DNA of 41,995 nucleotides. Source: Verrucomicrobiota bacterium. GTDB taxonomy: Bacteria > Verrucomicrobiota > Verrucomicrobiia > Limisphaerales > CANJSG01. The DNA is taken from assembly GCA_038209745.1 (NCBI GenBank), contig JBBQXJ010000039.1, forward strand, positions 1 through 41,995, read 5' to 3'. Shown piece by piece: positions 17,054-29,851 of this stretch. How positions within the stretch are numbered: the stretch's first letter is position 1; every line of letters starts with the position of its first letter. The position numbers were made by a program, and so were the translations under genes. The notes beneath the pieces were generated by a model. That model saw only the letters and a list, made by a program, of their open reading frames with translations, searched no databases and was not told where the DNA came from.

Positions 17054-18273
17054 TCTCCCTTGTGCGTCCGGAGAATTTGACCGGTCCGCTCGAAGATTTC
17101 CTGGGGCACGCCGAGGGCCTGCTTCAAAGCCACGTCCCGGTCCCACGCGTTCTCGATCTTGGCGATGCGGCGGGCTTCGTTCGGCCGGATGCGAAGCGGG
17201 AAATACCAGGGCGAAACCAACGCCGTGTTGATCAACGGAAAGTCCGTGCCGTAGAGCAGCCGTCCCTTGAACTCGGGCCGGGTCAGCGCCGCCTCCAGAT
17301 AGCCCGGCTTGTTCACCTGCGTCAGCGACGAGATCTCCGAGTAGAGGTTCGGATACGTCGCCATCATCCGGGCCAATCGCTCCATGTCCGGCTCGCCGCC
17401 ATTCGCGCCCGTGGAGGCGATGTGGGCCACGATCACGGTCACGCCCAGCTCCAACGGCAGCTTCAGCCGCTCGGGGTCGCACAGTTCGTCGCGCGCGAAA
17501 GTGAACGACCGTTCGCGTCCCGCATGGCAGAGCAACGGCAGCCCCAGCGCCTTCATCCGCTGGTAGAAGGGAATGATCCGTTCGTCCGAAGGATCGATCA
17601 GCATGATGCTGGGAATCCACTTCACGAGGACCGCGCCGTTGGTCGCGGCCCAGTCCAGTCGCTCCAGCGCGTCGGACCGCAGCGGATTGATCCCCGCACC
17701 CCAGAGCAGGTTCGGGTAGCGCGCCGTCTCGCGGGCCACGAACTCGATCGGCACGTAGACCTCGGTGCGGTTCGTGTCGAGTTGGCCATGGTCGTCCACC
17801 ACCCCGTCCATCGAGAGGATGACCGCCGCCCCGACCTTCGTGCTGCGGCTGATCTGTTCGGAGATTCGCTCGAGAATGAGCGCGTCGCCCTTTGCTTCTA
17901 ATTCGGCCCGGGTTACGCCGAAGGCCTTCAGGTAGATGTCGAACTTGTAGCTGTCGCGCATCGCCTTCGAGACGAAGCAACCGCTGCCGCCCGCACCGAT
18001 CCCCGCTGTGTGGCAGTGCAGATCGATCAGCTTCGCTTGCGGCAGCGGCTCCGTCGGGACATAGGGTCCTTGGAAGAACACGGCGCACGCCGAGATCAAC
18101 GACCCCACTAGGACGCCAGTGCCCCGCACGATCCAGCTCAGCCAGCGTCTCCAGCGTAGGAAAGGCTTCCCGGCTGTCCCCTTGGACTGGGTGGAACCAC
18201 TTCCGCCGGGGTCGTTCCCGGTCAGGCTGGACCTTTCACTCGTCCGATAGGGCTGCGTTGCCGCGCAGCCCAT
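17032..18273 (-). CDS. Membrane-anchored amidohydrolase-superfamily (Amidohydro_2-like) metal-dependent hydrolase; start uncertain, in frame with the upstream radical SAM remnant
   Basis: Hydrophobic segment, then LIDLHCH (HxH), LVKWIP, LLCHAG, IVAHIA, LLYGTDFP. Confidence 0.75.
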   Translation of the reverse strand: MGCAATQPYRTSERSSLTGNDPGGSGSTQSKGTAGKPFLRWRRWLSWIVRGTGVLVGSLISACAVFFQGPYVPTEPLPQAKLIDLHCHTAGIGAGGSGCFVSKAMRDSYKFDIYLKAFGVTRAELEAKGDALILERISEQISRSTKVGAAVILSMDGVVDDHGQLDTNRTEVYVPIEFVARETARYPNLLWGAGINPLRSDALERLDWAATNGAVLVKWIPSIMLIDPSDERIIPFYQRMKALGLPLLCHAGRERSFTFARDELCDPERLKLPLELGVTVIVAHIASTGANGGEPDMERLARMMATYPNLYSEISSLTQVNKPGYLEAALTRPEFKGRLLYGTDFPLINTALVSPWYFPLRIRPNEARRIAKIENAWDRDVALKQALGVPQEIFERTGQILRTHKGETTDGHR

Positions 18274-18461
18274 ATATTCGGAGGAAACCAGCGCAGCGTC
18301 GGTTACGGTCCCGCTTTGACCTTCGACTGGCCGTTGCGAGTTACGCTCAAGACCCAGGCTCAGGCTTCCATCAGCTTTGTTGCGATCATCGTCTGAGAAA
18401 CCCCTCACCCCGGCCGTCTCCCTATCAGATGGGGAGAGGGTAGCCGAAGGTCGGGTAAGGG
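18246..18461. repeat. Cluster of REP-like palindromes between the radical SAM remnant and the amidohydrolase
   Basis: gatagggctgcgttgccgcgcagccc (18246..18271) and cccctcaccccggccgtctccc...ggggagagggtagccgaaggtcgggtaagggg (18401..18461). Confidence 0.65.
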
Positions 18462-18489
18462 GAACGCCCGAGACCAACGTTGGCGAATG

Positions 18490-19209
18490 TTTGTTGGGAG
18501 ACGGCAAACCCGCCCCCCTCACCCGCCCGCTGGTGAACATCGGCTGGAAGGTGATCCCGTGGACATTCGGGTGGCTCAGTCCGAAAGCGATCGCTTCCCA
18601 GACGTGCGGCAGATTCTCGGGCGTCACCGTCATGGCCAACGTCACCGTCATGGCCAACGTCACCGGCAGGTCCATCTCGGCGCAGCGGGCGATGGCGGCT
18701 TCGCGGGTGGCACGCAGATCCGCGCCGCGCAGGCCGTATTGGGCGGCTTCCTGGACGCCGTCGAACTGGAGGTAGAGCTGGAGCTTCCGCCGCGGCGCCG
18801 CCACGGCCAGTTGTTCCGCGAAGGCCGCGTCGTGGGCGATGCGGACTCCGTTCGTATTGATCAGCGCGTAGTCGATCTTGGGATGCGACTGGACCCAGTC
18901 CAACAGCTCGAACAACTGAGGATGCAGCGTCGGTTCGCCGCCCGAAAGCTGGAGAATCTCGATGCCGCCCTTGCGGGCGATCACGCCTTCGATCCGGGCC
19001 TTGATCTCGGCCAGCGGCACCGCGTCCACCTTCGCTCCGGCGCCCAGCGGCGAATCGGCGTAGCAGGTCGGGCAGCTCAGGTTGCAGGTGCGCCGCATGA
19101 CCACGCGGCCCGGATGCCCGCCTTCGCGCCACACTTCACCGGGGACGGCTGCGTGGCAGACAGGGCAGCGGCTGGTGGTTTGCTTCAGCAGCTCGCGCGA
19201 GGGTTTCAG
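18490..19209 (-). pseudogene. Decayed Tes/MJ0619-like radical SAM gene
   Basis: CTG at 19209 overlaps the upstream stop. KPSRELLKQTTSRCPVCHAAVPGEVW...VVMRRTC is fused directly to NLSCPTCYADS (CxxxCxxC), then LQLSGGEPTLHP, INTNG, LYLQFDG, duplicated TLAMTV and GITFQPMFTSGR. The C-terminal half is absent. Confidence 0.75.
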
Positions 19210-20152
19210 GGAGAGGGTGTTCCTGGATGTCCGGGGGTCAAAACGTTGGCCATCGAGTTTAGGAACAATCTCCGGAGCGCGTCGTAGCCGCGATTGTTCG
19301 GGTCTTCGAGGTTGTCGTTATACCAGTAGTGCGGGTCGACCTGGTCATAGTGCTCGCGCCAGAACTGGGAGCAGTGGATGCCGTGCCCAAGGAACTCATG
19401 CTGGATGTCGACGAGATGAACCTCGGGATGCCGATCCGCCGATGCCGACAAGATGCGGTTGTATTCGGCGTGGATCAGCGGGCCGTCGGGCCACGTCGGC
19501 AACCCGGCGTTCTGGATGTCGCCGACTCCGTCGGTGGGATCGTAAATGTTCGCGAGGAAGATATGGCAGCCACCGGGGAATGATTCCTTGATCGCCGACA
19601 GCATGGTTTCGAGACGCGCGGTGAAGTTCTTGGTCCACGGAGCGGCCTGTTCCCGGCTGGCGCCATACATCGCTCCTTCAACCGGCGCCGACCGACCGTA
19701 GTTATGGATGATGTCGTTTCCGCCGGTCGTCATGACGATGAGACCGAGGACATTCGTTGGCTGGATTGCCAGTTTCGGAATCTGCCCCCGCAAGTGCTGG
19801 AGCGAGGTGCTCCCGGAGACAGAGACATTCGTGGCGCGCAGGTTGGGCAAGACCGCCGACAACGATAGATCCTGCATCGCCGGAAACTCATCCTCGGAAT
19901 TCGTCACCAATCGATTGAAGTAGGACTTGCCCGCTGATGCGCCAAAGCCCGCAGTCACACTGTCTCCAATCCCTACGAGCAACACCGGTCGCGTCGTCCA
20001 CGGCTTCTCAAATCCAGCTGCGTCGACGGCCGGACCGGCGGGGCCTGTTCCTACGGGTCGCCGCAGATTGAACCACCAGTCGCCGACCGCTGCGCAGGCC
20101 ATGACCACCAATGCGCTGGCGATGATCGACCAGCGTTTGAATCGCACCGATT

Positions 20153-20156
<4 letters not shown>
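19206..20156 (-). CDS. SGNH/GDSL hydrolase with an N-terminal membrane anchor
   Basis: GIGDSVTAGFG (block I), SVSGSTS, TTGGND, NIYDPTDG; block V reads EDPN rather than DxxH. Confidence 0.85.
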
Positions 20157-22518
<2,362 letters not shown>

Positions 22519-22522
<4 letters not shown>

Positions 22523-24108
22523 GGTTTCAAGACTGGGAGAGAAGACTCGGCGCTGTCTTTGTTCGACCGCCGCCAGGCGACCAGAATCAGGACCACCGTG
22601 GCGGCGACGCAGCCGCGGACCCACCAACGATCCAGCGGCAGGCGACCGGGGCCTTCGAGATCCAAACTCGCGAACATAAACGCTGAGCGGGTGCCTGCGG
22701 GAGCGGTCGTGTCGGCCGCCCCATCGTTGGCCCGGGATAGCTCACGTGGGTTGGCCGTGGTCGGGTCGGAGGGTTCCGCTGCGACGAAGGGAAGCGAATT
22801 CAGGACGGCGCCATCACGGCCAACCACTTGGGACACACCCGAGCTGCACACGCGCACGACAGGAATGCCATATTCGGCGGCGCGGATGGGCCCGAGCCGG
22901 GCGTGGAGCGCGTGCTGCGCCTCGCCCCATTCCACCACGTCCATCGTCGGGACGATGAGCAGCTGCGCGCCCTGTCGGACGAGTTCATCGAGGATGTGGG
23001 TGTAGCCGTCGTCGTAGCAGATGGCGAAGCCGATGCGGCCCCATGGAGACTCCCAGAGCCGCTGCGAGGCGGCGGGTTTGCCGTCCTTGAAGAACTGGAT
23101 GGGCTGGCACTTGGCCTGACGGAAGACGATGTCGCCATCGGGTCCGACGACGAAGGCGGTGTTGTAGAAGTCGCCGTCCGGCTGGAAGTCCTTGCCGCCG
23201 GCGACGAGGTGGCGGCGGTTCAAGCGGCACCAGTCACGGACGGTCTTGGGCGGGACATCGTCGAAGGTGTATTCGCTGAGGACGATCAGCTCGGTCTCGG
23301 GATGTTCGACGACGATCCGGTCCAACGTGGCCAAGACCTGGTCGTGGGTGGCGAATTCGAGTTGGGCTCCGGCGAGATGGAGGGGTTTGGCCGGGGCGGA
23401 ATGCGACGCGACGAGGAGAAGAGCAACGACGGCCCATGGTGGGGCGTTCCGAGTGCGGAGCAGGACGTTGGGTGTTCCCTTTTTCTGAACATCGAACGCC
23501 CGACTCCCGACGTCGAACATCGAAAAAGCCTTCCAGACCGAGGACCCCATTGCGGCGAGCACGAAGCCCGTGCCGTAGATGCCGAGCGTGCCGACGACAT
23601 TGGGCCAATGATCGAACGCCATGCCGGGTGTGAGCCAAGCGAAACGGAGGAAGTAGAGTTCGCTTCGAAAGAACTCCACCGCGGTCCACACCACCGGAGC
23701 CGCCAGCAGCGAGGCGTTGGTTCCGAGGCGACGGTTCAGAAACCAGACGGTCAAGCCGAAGACACCGAGCCAGAAGCTCAGCACCAGCCAGAGGGGAATC
23801 GCGGCGGGACCGAAGATGGTCCAGAAGAAGGCCAGCTTGGGCGCATAGCAGCCGAGGCCGGCCAGCAACGACAGATAAAAGGCGATGCGGCGGTTGGGAT
23901 GGAGAGCGAAACCGATCAGGCTGAAGGGAAGGAGTCCGGTCAGCCAAGCGAGCGAGGGAAAGGAATAGGCAAGGTGAAAGCCGACGATGGCGAGTCCGAA
24001 CAATCCCGTCAGTCGCAGGATGTCCGCCCCGATCGGAATCGAGGAACGGAGCTTGGTTCCGGATCCGGCGCTCCGGGTTGCTTCGCGAGTTTTGGATGGA
24101 GGTGCCAT
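22519..24108 (-). CDS. lnt: Apolipoprotein N-acyltransferase-like protein (transmembrane region + nitrilase domain)
   Basis: N-terminal transmembrane helices with WTAVEFFRS; nitrilase triad IVLSE, FYNTA...QAK, AICYD; RAAEYGIPVVRVCSSGVS. Confidence 0.8.
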
Positions 24109-24140
24109 GGGATCCTTTCTCCGCAACTGGGGGACAGGGT

Positions 24141-25412
24141 TCAGCGTTGGGCCGACACGCGGTCGCCGGGACGGGTTGAAAGCTTCATTCCCAAGGTCAA
24201 CAGGACGATCACGGCCGCCAACCCGAGGAAGCAGACATGGGCGGACCAGTTGAGCTTCGTCATCACGCCGAGCAGACCGGCCCCGAGCAACATGCCGGCG
24301 TAGTCCACCACGTTCTGCACGGCGATGGTTTTGCCGAGGGCCGAATGGTCGGTCTCGTTCTGCAACGCGGCGTTGAAGGGCACGACCAGCAGGCCGGCCA
24401 TGACTCCGGAGAGGCACAGGGCGGGCACGATCACGTAGAAGCCCGCGCTGCCCGGCAACAGGCCGAGCAACGCCATACCCGCCGCCAACCCCAACGCGTA
24501 GAGCCACTGTTTCGAAAGGTCGCCGATGCGATGCAGGCGACCCGCCAGGACGCTGCCCGCGACGATGCCGAGAACGAGGCCCACCTTAAGAAGGGCGAGA
24601 CGTTCGTTGCTGATGTTTTCCGGAGCCACCCCCGCGCCTTCGAAGATCGAAAGTCCCCAAGCATGGAGATTCGTCCGCATGAAAGCGCCGGCCAACCAGA
24701 AGAGCCCGCATCCGAGAAGGATCCGGCTGATGCGGCGCTGTCGGACCATGGATCCCAAGTGGCGGAAGAACCCCTGGAGGCTGTCGCCGAGCCGTGCGGC
24801 GGGATTGCAGGGCGTCCGGCTCATCGTTCCGTTCAAGACCGCCGCCAAAGCATACAATGCCAGCGCGCCCCCGTAGCAGACGGCCAGCGACCGGGTGCGA
24901 TCATACAGCACCGCGCCGCCGCCGAGGCCCCCAAGAATCGCGACCAAGGTGAGCATCTCGACCATGCCGTTGGCTTTGACCAGCTTCTCCGCAGGCACGA
25001 TCTCGGGAAGCGCCCCATACTTGGCCGGCGAATAGAGGCAGGCACCGATGCCCACCACGGTGTAGCCGATGGCCTGCCAGATCTCAGCGGCGGCGTGGTT
25101 CCCGGCGTGGCCGGTGATCCCGACGAAACCGATGATTGTTCCGACAATCTTGACAAGGTTTCCGCCCAGCAGCCACGAGGTCTTCGGCATCCGGTCGTTC
25201 AGAAAGCCGGCCAAGGGGGCCAGCAGGATGAAGGGAAGAAAGAAGACGACGCTGAAGAGCGTGTTCGTGCTGTTGACCTGCTGTTCGGTGATCGCGCCCG
25301 CGCTCTTCAAAAAGGTCAGCGGCGCCAAGATTCCCGCCAGGAGAAAGTTGTCGCCGAAAGCACCAAGGAACTGGCCGACCAGCAATAAGGGGTAGTTTTT
25401 TGAGGCATTCAT
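24141..25412 (-). CDS. lplT: LplT-like MFS lysophospholipid transporter
   Basis: QFLGAFGDN, LPFILLAPLAGFLNDRMPK, YSPAKYGALPEIV, LVKANG, VVPFNAALQ, GKTIAVQN. Confidence 0.85.
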   Translation of the reverse strand: MNASKNYPLLLVGQFLGAFGDNFLLAGILAPLTFLKSAGAITEQQVNSTNTLFSVVFFLPFILLAPLAGFLNDRMPKTSWLLGGNLVKIVGTIIGFVGITGHAGNHAAAEIWQAIGYTVVGIGACLYSPAKYGALPEIVPAEKLVKANGMVEMLTLVAILGGLGGGAVLYDRTRSLAVCYGGALALYALAAVLNGTMSRTPCNPAARLGDSLQGFFRHLGSMVRQRRISRILLGCGLFWLAGAFMRTNLHAWGLSIFEGAGVAPENISNERLALLKVGLVLGIVAGSVLAGRLHRIGDLSKQWLYALGLAAGMALLGLLPGSAGFYVIVPALCLSGVMAGLLVVPFNAALQNETDHSALGKTIAVQNVVDYAGMLLGAGLLGVMTKLNWSAHVCFLGLAAVIVLLTLGMKLSTRPGDRVSAQR

Positions 25413-25444
25413 GGATGAATCGAAGACGGTTCCAGATCGCTGCA

Positions 25445-25912
25445 TCACGGGTCCAAGGTTTCTGAGAAGTCGCCGACGTTCTTCTCCAACCGCGCAAGTT
25501 CCGCCACGAAGGCCGTCGTCGCCCTCGCGCCGAAGCCGCTCCAGACCGCTTCGGCCGCCTGGTAGTAGGCGGGAAGCACCTCGGCCAGGAGCTTGCGCCC
25601 CGCGGCGGTGACCACCACCCGATAGGCCCGGCGATCCGCGGTGTTTTCCTTGCGGCAGACGAATCCCCGCTGTTCCAGACGATCGATCAATCCGGTGACG
25701 TTCGACCGGTGCATGATCAAGAGGCGGCTGAGCTCCACCTGGGTGATGCCTTCGCGATGGTCACGGAGGACGTTGAGGACGTTGAACTGGCTGGAACTGA
25801 TGTCCCAGCGAGCGAAGAACCGGCGCGAGGCGTTCCACACGGTCTCGGAGGTCCGGAGCAACTGGAGGAGCGCCTGGTAGTGCGCCCCGGGTTTTGGTCT
25901 GGTCGTGCTCAC
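25445..25912 (-). CDS. MarR-family transcriptional regulator
   Basis: SQFNVLNVL...ITQVELSRLLIMHRSNVTGLIDRLEQRGFVCR...DRRAYRVVVTAAGR. Confidence 0.92.
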   Translation of the reverse strand: MSTTRPKPGAHYQALLQLLRTSETVWNASRRFFARWDISSSQFNVLNVLRDHREGITQVELSRLLIMHRSNVTGLIDRLEQRGFVCRKENTADRRAYRVVVTAAGRKLLAEVLPAYYQAAEAVWSGFGARATTAFVAELARLEKNVGDFSETLDP

Positions 25913-25931
25913 AGCTGTTGTCTACTAATCG

Positions 25932-25951
25932 ATTGTTGATATGTCAACTAT
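25932..25951. promoter_or_regulatory. Putative MarR operator overlapping a TTGACA -35-like hexamer
   Basis: ATtGTTGA-tatg-TCAACtAT palindrome about 20 bp upstream of the marR start; the minus strand contains TTGACA. Confidence 0.65.
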
Positions 25952-26246
25952 ATGGTGAACGACCGCGTCAAGGACGCGGAACGGTTCTCAGGGGAGCAGC
26001 TTCCTCGGCGCCGAATCGGCGCAAACAACACGGAACCGAACGATCCAACAGCGACGAAACCCTCATGGACATTGGCTGGAACGACTTTTCCGCGCCGCCG
26101 CCGCCAAACACCCACGCACCATGGCTGTCCATCAAATTCTTCATCAAAAGATGGAAACAGTTTGAAATGCAGAAACATCTCTGTCACCAAATCGTCCCAT
26201 ATCCGCTCACGTTGATTGAGCAAACCCAGATCGGGGGTGAGAATTC

Positions 26247-26393
26247 ATGGCAAAGAAAGCAGCCGTTAAGAAAAAGGCAGCAACGAAAGCCGCGAAACCC
26301 GCGGCGAAGACAGTGGTCAAGCAGGCGGTAAAGACCGTCGCCTCCAAGAAAGTCGCGAAGAAAGTCGCGAAGAAAAAGACCGCTAAGAAGTAA
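26247..26393 (+). CDS. 48-aa Lys/Ala-rich histone H1-like small protein (below the ORF-track cutoff)
   Basis: MAKKAAVKKKAATKAAKPAAKTVVKQAVKTVASKKVAKKVAKKKTAKK*; gggggtga Shine-Dalgarno-like sequence upstream; hairpin downstream. Confidence 0.8.
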   Translation: MAKKAAVKKKAATKAAKPAAKTVVKQAVKTVASKKVAKKVAKKKTAKK

Positions 26394-26406
26394 CCTGTAG
26401 CAGCCC

Positions 26407-26458
26407 GCAGGATGGGATCCTCGACCCAGTGTCGCTGGGTTCCATCCTGCTGGTTTTA
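26407..26458 (+). terminator. Hairpin terminator after the histone-like ORF
   Basis: gcaggatgg...acccag-tgtcg-ctgggt-t-ccatcctgc followed by tggtttta. Confidence 0.55.
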
Positions 26459-26486
26459 TACCCCTCAAAACTCTCCCATCCCCTCA

Positions 26487-27200
26487 ATGGCCACACTGGT
26501 CTTCGACATCGAAACCACGGGACTTCCGTTGGAACACTTCGACGAGGTGCAGCGGGAATACCTGTTCCGCGAGGCCGACAAGCTGCCCGAGGAGGCCGAG
26601 CGCGCCAAGAAACGCGACGATATCCAGCGGTTCTTCAGCCTTTGGCCGCTGACCGGCCAGGTCGTCTGCATCGCCATGCTCAATGCGGAGTCGATGCGCG
26701 GGAAAGTCCTCTTCGTCGCCGAGGACTACGACGAGGAGTCGACCGGCTCGGTGGAGTTCGTGCCCTGTGTGGATGAAAGCGAGATGCTGGTCAACTTCTG
26801 GGAGCTGGCGAAGCGCTACGATTCCATCGTCACTTTCAACGGAAGGGCCTTCGACGTTCCGTTCCTCTACCTCCGCTCCGCCGTCCTCGATGTTCCCGTC
26901 ACACGAAAAGACTGGCTCGGCTATCGTTTCGCCACGGAACCGCACTGCGACCTGGCGGAGCAGCTGTGCTTCTACGGGGTGAGCGGGCGCGATGGCGCGG
27001 CCCGCAAGTTCAATCTGGATTTCTACTGCAAGGCCTTCGGCATTCCGTCGCCCAAGGCCCAGGGAGTGTCCGGCTACCAGGTGCCCGAGATGATCGCGCA
27101 GGGCCGCTACAAGGAGATCGCCGAATACTGCGTCCGCGACGTCGAGGCCACGGTGCAGCTCTATCGAATCTGGTCGGAGCGTCTCAAGGGCATCAAATGA
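26487..27200 (+). CDS. RNase H-like 3'-5' exonuclease (PolB exonuclease-related)
   Basis: LVFDIET (ExoI), VTFNGRAFDVPFL (ExoII), HCDL, IAEYCVRDV (ExoIII). Confidence 0.88.
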   Translation: MATLVFDIETTGLPLEHFDEVQREYLFREADKLPEEAERAKKRDDIQRFFSLWPLTGQVVCIAMLNAESMRGKVLFVAEDYDEESTGSVEFVPCVDESEMLVNFWELAKRYDSIVTFNGRAFDVPFLYLRSAVLDVPVTRKDWLGYRFATEPHCDLAEQLCFYGVSGRDGAARKFNLDFYCKAFGIPSPKAQGVSGYQVPEMIAQGRYKEIAEYCVRDVEATVQLYRIWSERLKGIK

Positions 27201-27856
27201 GCTTCGCCGAAGAACCCGCCATCCTCGTCTGCTGCGCAGTCCGGGAAGAAGCGGCGTTTCTCCGGCCCGACAAGCGACTGGACGTGCTCGTCACCGGCAT
27301 GGGCCGGGAGAACGCCGAGAAACAGGTCCATCGGCGCCTCAAATCCTCCGACTACGACCTCATCCTGACCTGTGGTTTCGCCGGCGGGCTCAATCCCTAT
27401 CTCGCCTCCGGCACCGTGGTCTACGACTGCGATGCGGACGACTCGCTGAACAGCGCCCTGCTGGCGGCGAAAGGGTGCCCGGCCAAGTTCCACTGCTCCG
27501 ACCGTGTGGCTGTCACGATCCTTGAAAAGCAGGGCCTCTGGGAAGAAACGCGCTGCGACGCCGTCGAGATGGAGTCGCAGATCATCCGCGCCATCGCCCG
27601 GGCCCACTCCATCCCCAGCGCGACCGTGCGGGTCATCTCGGACTCGGCCACGGAGGATCTTCCCATCGATTTCAACGCCTTGATGACCGCCGATCACCGC
27701 CTGAACTTCTTCAAGCTCGCCGGCGCCATCGTCGTCTCGCCCTCGCGCATCCGGGGCCTGATGCGGCTGCAGCGGACCTGCCGGCTTGCCGCCAAGAACC
27801 TGGCGACGACGATCGAAACATTTGCCACCAGCTGGAAGCGCCTGCCCGGTTCCTAG
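27197..27856 (+). CDS. Nucleoside phosphorylase-family protein (HpnG/MtnN-like)
   Basis: CAVREEA, VTGMG, TCGFAGGL, AVEMES, VRVISDS; ATGA overlap with the exonuclease. Confidence 0.82.
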   Translation: MSFAEEPAILVCCAVREEAAFLRPDKRLDVLVTGMGRENAEKQVHRRLKSSDYDLILTCGFAGGLNPYLASGTVVYDCDADDSLNSALLAAKGCPAKFHCSDRVAVTILEKQGLWEETRCDAVEMESQIIRAIARAHSIPSATVRVISDSATEDLPIDFNALMTADHRLNFFKLAGAIVVSPSRIRGLMRLQRTCRLAAKNLATTIETFATSWKRLPGS

Positions 27857-27901
27857 TCTCTTCACGCTGGCCAGCAGGCGGGGCCCTGCTTGAATCCGCC
27901 C

Positions 27902-29851
27902 ATGCCCGATCCGTTCGCCGCCGACCCCTCCATCTTCCGAGTCCGCACCAAGGCCGCCGGGCCTTCAGGCTCGTTGCCCATCGATGCGGACATGCTGCTG
28001 AACCGCCCCAGCGGCGACCTCTTCGGCCTCACCCAGAACGTCGGCATGGGCTGGAACGCCGAAGAACTCGGCCGGAAACAATTCCTCATCCTCAGCACCC
28101 AGGGCGGCATGCGGGCGCCCGACGGAAAACCCATCGCCCTCGGCTACCACACGGGCCACTGGGAGATCGGCCTGCTCGTCCAAGCCGCCGCCGAGGAGTT
28201 CCGCCGGAAGAAGTCCATTCCCTTTGCCGCCTACTGTTCCGATCCGTGCGACGGCCGCACGCAGGGGACCACCGGCATGTTCGACAGCCTCCCGTATCGC
28301 AACGACGCCGCGCAGCTCTTTCGCCGGCTGGCCCGATCGTTGCCGTGCCGCGCCGGCGTGATGGGCGTGGCCACCTGTGACAAGGGCCTTCCCGCCATGA
28401 TGATGGCGCTCGCCGGGCTGCGCGACCTGCCGGTCGTGCTCGTTCCGGGTGGCGTCACCTTGCCGCCGACCAATGGTGAAGACGCCGGAGCGGTGCAGAC
28501 GCTCGGCGCGCGCTATGCCCATGGATTGGTGTCGCTCCAGGAAGCCGCCGATCTCGGGTGTCGCGCCTGCGGATCGCCCGGCGGTGGCTGCCAAGTCCTC
28601 GGCACCGCCGCCACGTCTCAGGTGGTCGGCGAAGCCCTCGGCTTGTCCCTGCCCCACAGCGCGCTCGCGCCCTCCGGCGAACCCGTCTGGACCGACCTCG
28701 CCGTCCGTTCCGCCCAAGCATTGGTGGAGATGGAAGCCCGCGGGATCCGCAGCCGGGACATCTTGACCGACGACGCCATCCGCAACGCCATGGTCGTCCA
28801 CGCGGCCTTCGGCGGCTCGACGAACCTCCTCCTGCATATCCCCGCCATCGCCCACGCCGCCGGCCTCCGCCGGCCCACCGTGGCCGATTGGATCGATGTC
28901 AATCGGCGCACGCCCCGTCTCGTCAGCGTCTTGCCCAACGGCCCCGTGCACCATCCGACCGTGCGCGCCTTCCTCGCCGGCGGCGTGCCCGAAGTGATGC
29001 TCCATCTCCGCCGCCTCGGCCTGCTCGAGACCGGCGTGATGACCGCTGCGGGTCGCACCTTGGGCGCATCGCTGGATGCCTGGGAACGCTCCGAACGCCG
29101 CCGTCGTTTCCGCGAAATTCTCCTCGAACAAGACGGCGTGGATCCCGACGACGTCGTCTTCAGTCCCGAAGCCGCCGAAGCCCGTGGCTTGACCCGCACG
29201 ATGAGCTTCGTCACGGGCAATCTCGCCCCCGACGGCGCCGTCATCAAAAGCACCGCCATCGATCCCTCGGTCGTCGATGCCGACGGAGTCTATCGCAAGG
29301 AAGGTCCCGCCCGCGTCTTTACCAGCGAACGCGCCGCCATCGCCGCGATCAAGGGCGGCGCCGTCCAAGCCGGTGACGTGATGGTGCTGGCCGGCATCGG
29401 GCCCATGGGCACCGGCATGGAAGAGACCTACCAGGTCACCAGCGCGCTCAAGCACCTGCCCTTCGGCAAACACGTCGCCCTGCTGACCGACGCCCGGTTC
29501 TCCGGCGTCTCCACCGGCGCGTGCGTCGGCCACATCGGGCCCGAGGGATTGGCCGGCGGACCCATCGGCAAGCTGCTCGACGGCGACGTGATCCGCCTCG
29601 TCATCGACCGGAACCAATGCTGCGGCTCCGTGGATTTTGTGGGGGAAGGCGATCGTCGATTCAGCCCTGACGAAGGCGAGGGCCTCCTCCGTCAACGCCC
29701 AACCCGCGACGATCTGGCGCCGAATCCGAACCTCCCCGACGACACCCGCCTCTGGGCCGCGCTCCAAGCCGTCAGCGGCGGCACGTGGGGCGGATGCGTG
29801 TTCGATGTGGGAGCAATCCAGATCGAACTCGGGCGCAAAGCTTCTTCCTGA
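27902..29851 (+). CDS. YjhG/YagF-family D-xylonate dehydratase (IlvD/Edd superfamily)
   Basis: [82 protein letters not shown]. Confidence 0.9.
   Translation: MPDPFAADPSIFRVRTKAAGPSGSLPIDADMLLNRPSGDLFGLTQNVGMGWNAEELGRKQFLILSTQGGMRAPDGKPIALGYHTGHWEIGLLVQAAAEEFRRKKSIPFAAYCSDPCDGRTQGTTGMFDSLPYRNDAAQLFRRLARSLPCRAGVMGVATCDKGLPAMMMALAGLRDLPVVLVPGGVTLPPTNGEDAGAVQTLGARYAHGLVSLQEAADLGCRACGSPGGGCQVLGTAATSQVVGEALGLSLPHSALAPSGEPVWTDLAVRSAQALVEMEARGIRSRDILTDDAIRNAMVVHAAFGGSTNLLLHIPAIAHAAGLRRPTVADWIDVNRRTPRLVSVLPNGPVHHPTVRAFLAGGVPEVMLHLRRLGLLETGVMTAAGRTLGASLDAWERSERRRRFREILLEQDGVDPDDVVFSPEAAEARGLTRTMSFVTGNLAPDGAVIKSTAIDPSVVDADGVYRKEGPARVFTSERAAIAAIKGGAVQAGDVMVLAGIGPMGTGMEETYQVTSALKHLPFGKHVALLTDARFSGVSTGACVGHIGPEGLAGGPIGKLLDGDVIRLVIDRNQCCGSVDFVGEGDRRFSPDEGEGLLRQRPTRDDLAPNPNLPDDTRLWAALQAVSGGTWGGCVFDVGAIQIELGRKASS

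Noticed and set aside
25948..26223. 91-aa minus-strand and 87-aa plus-strand ORFs in the marR/histone-like intergenic region
   Set aside because: Atypical codon usage and no motifs; more likely divergent promoter DNA.
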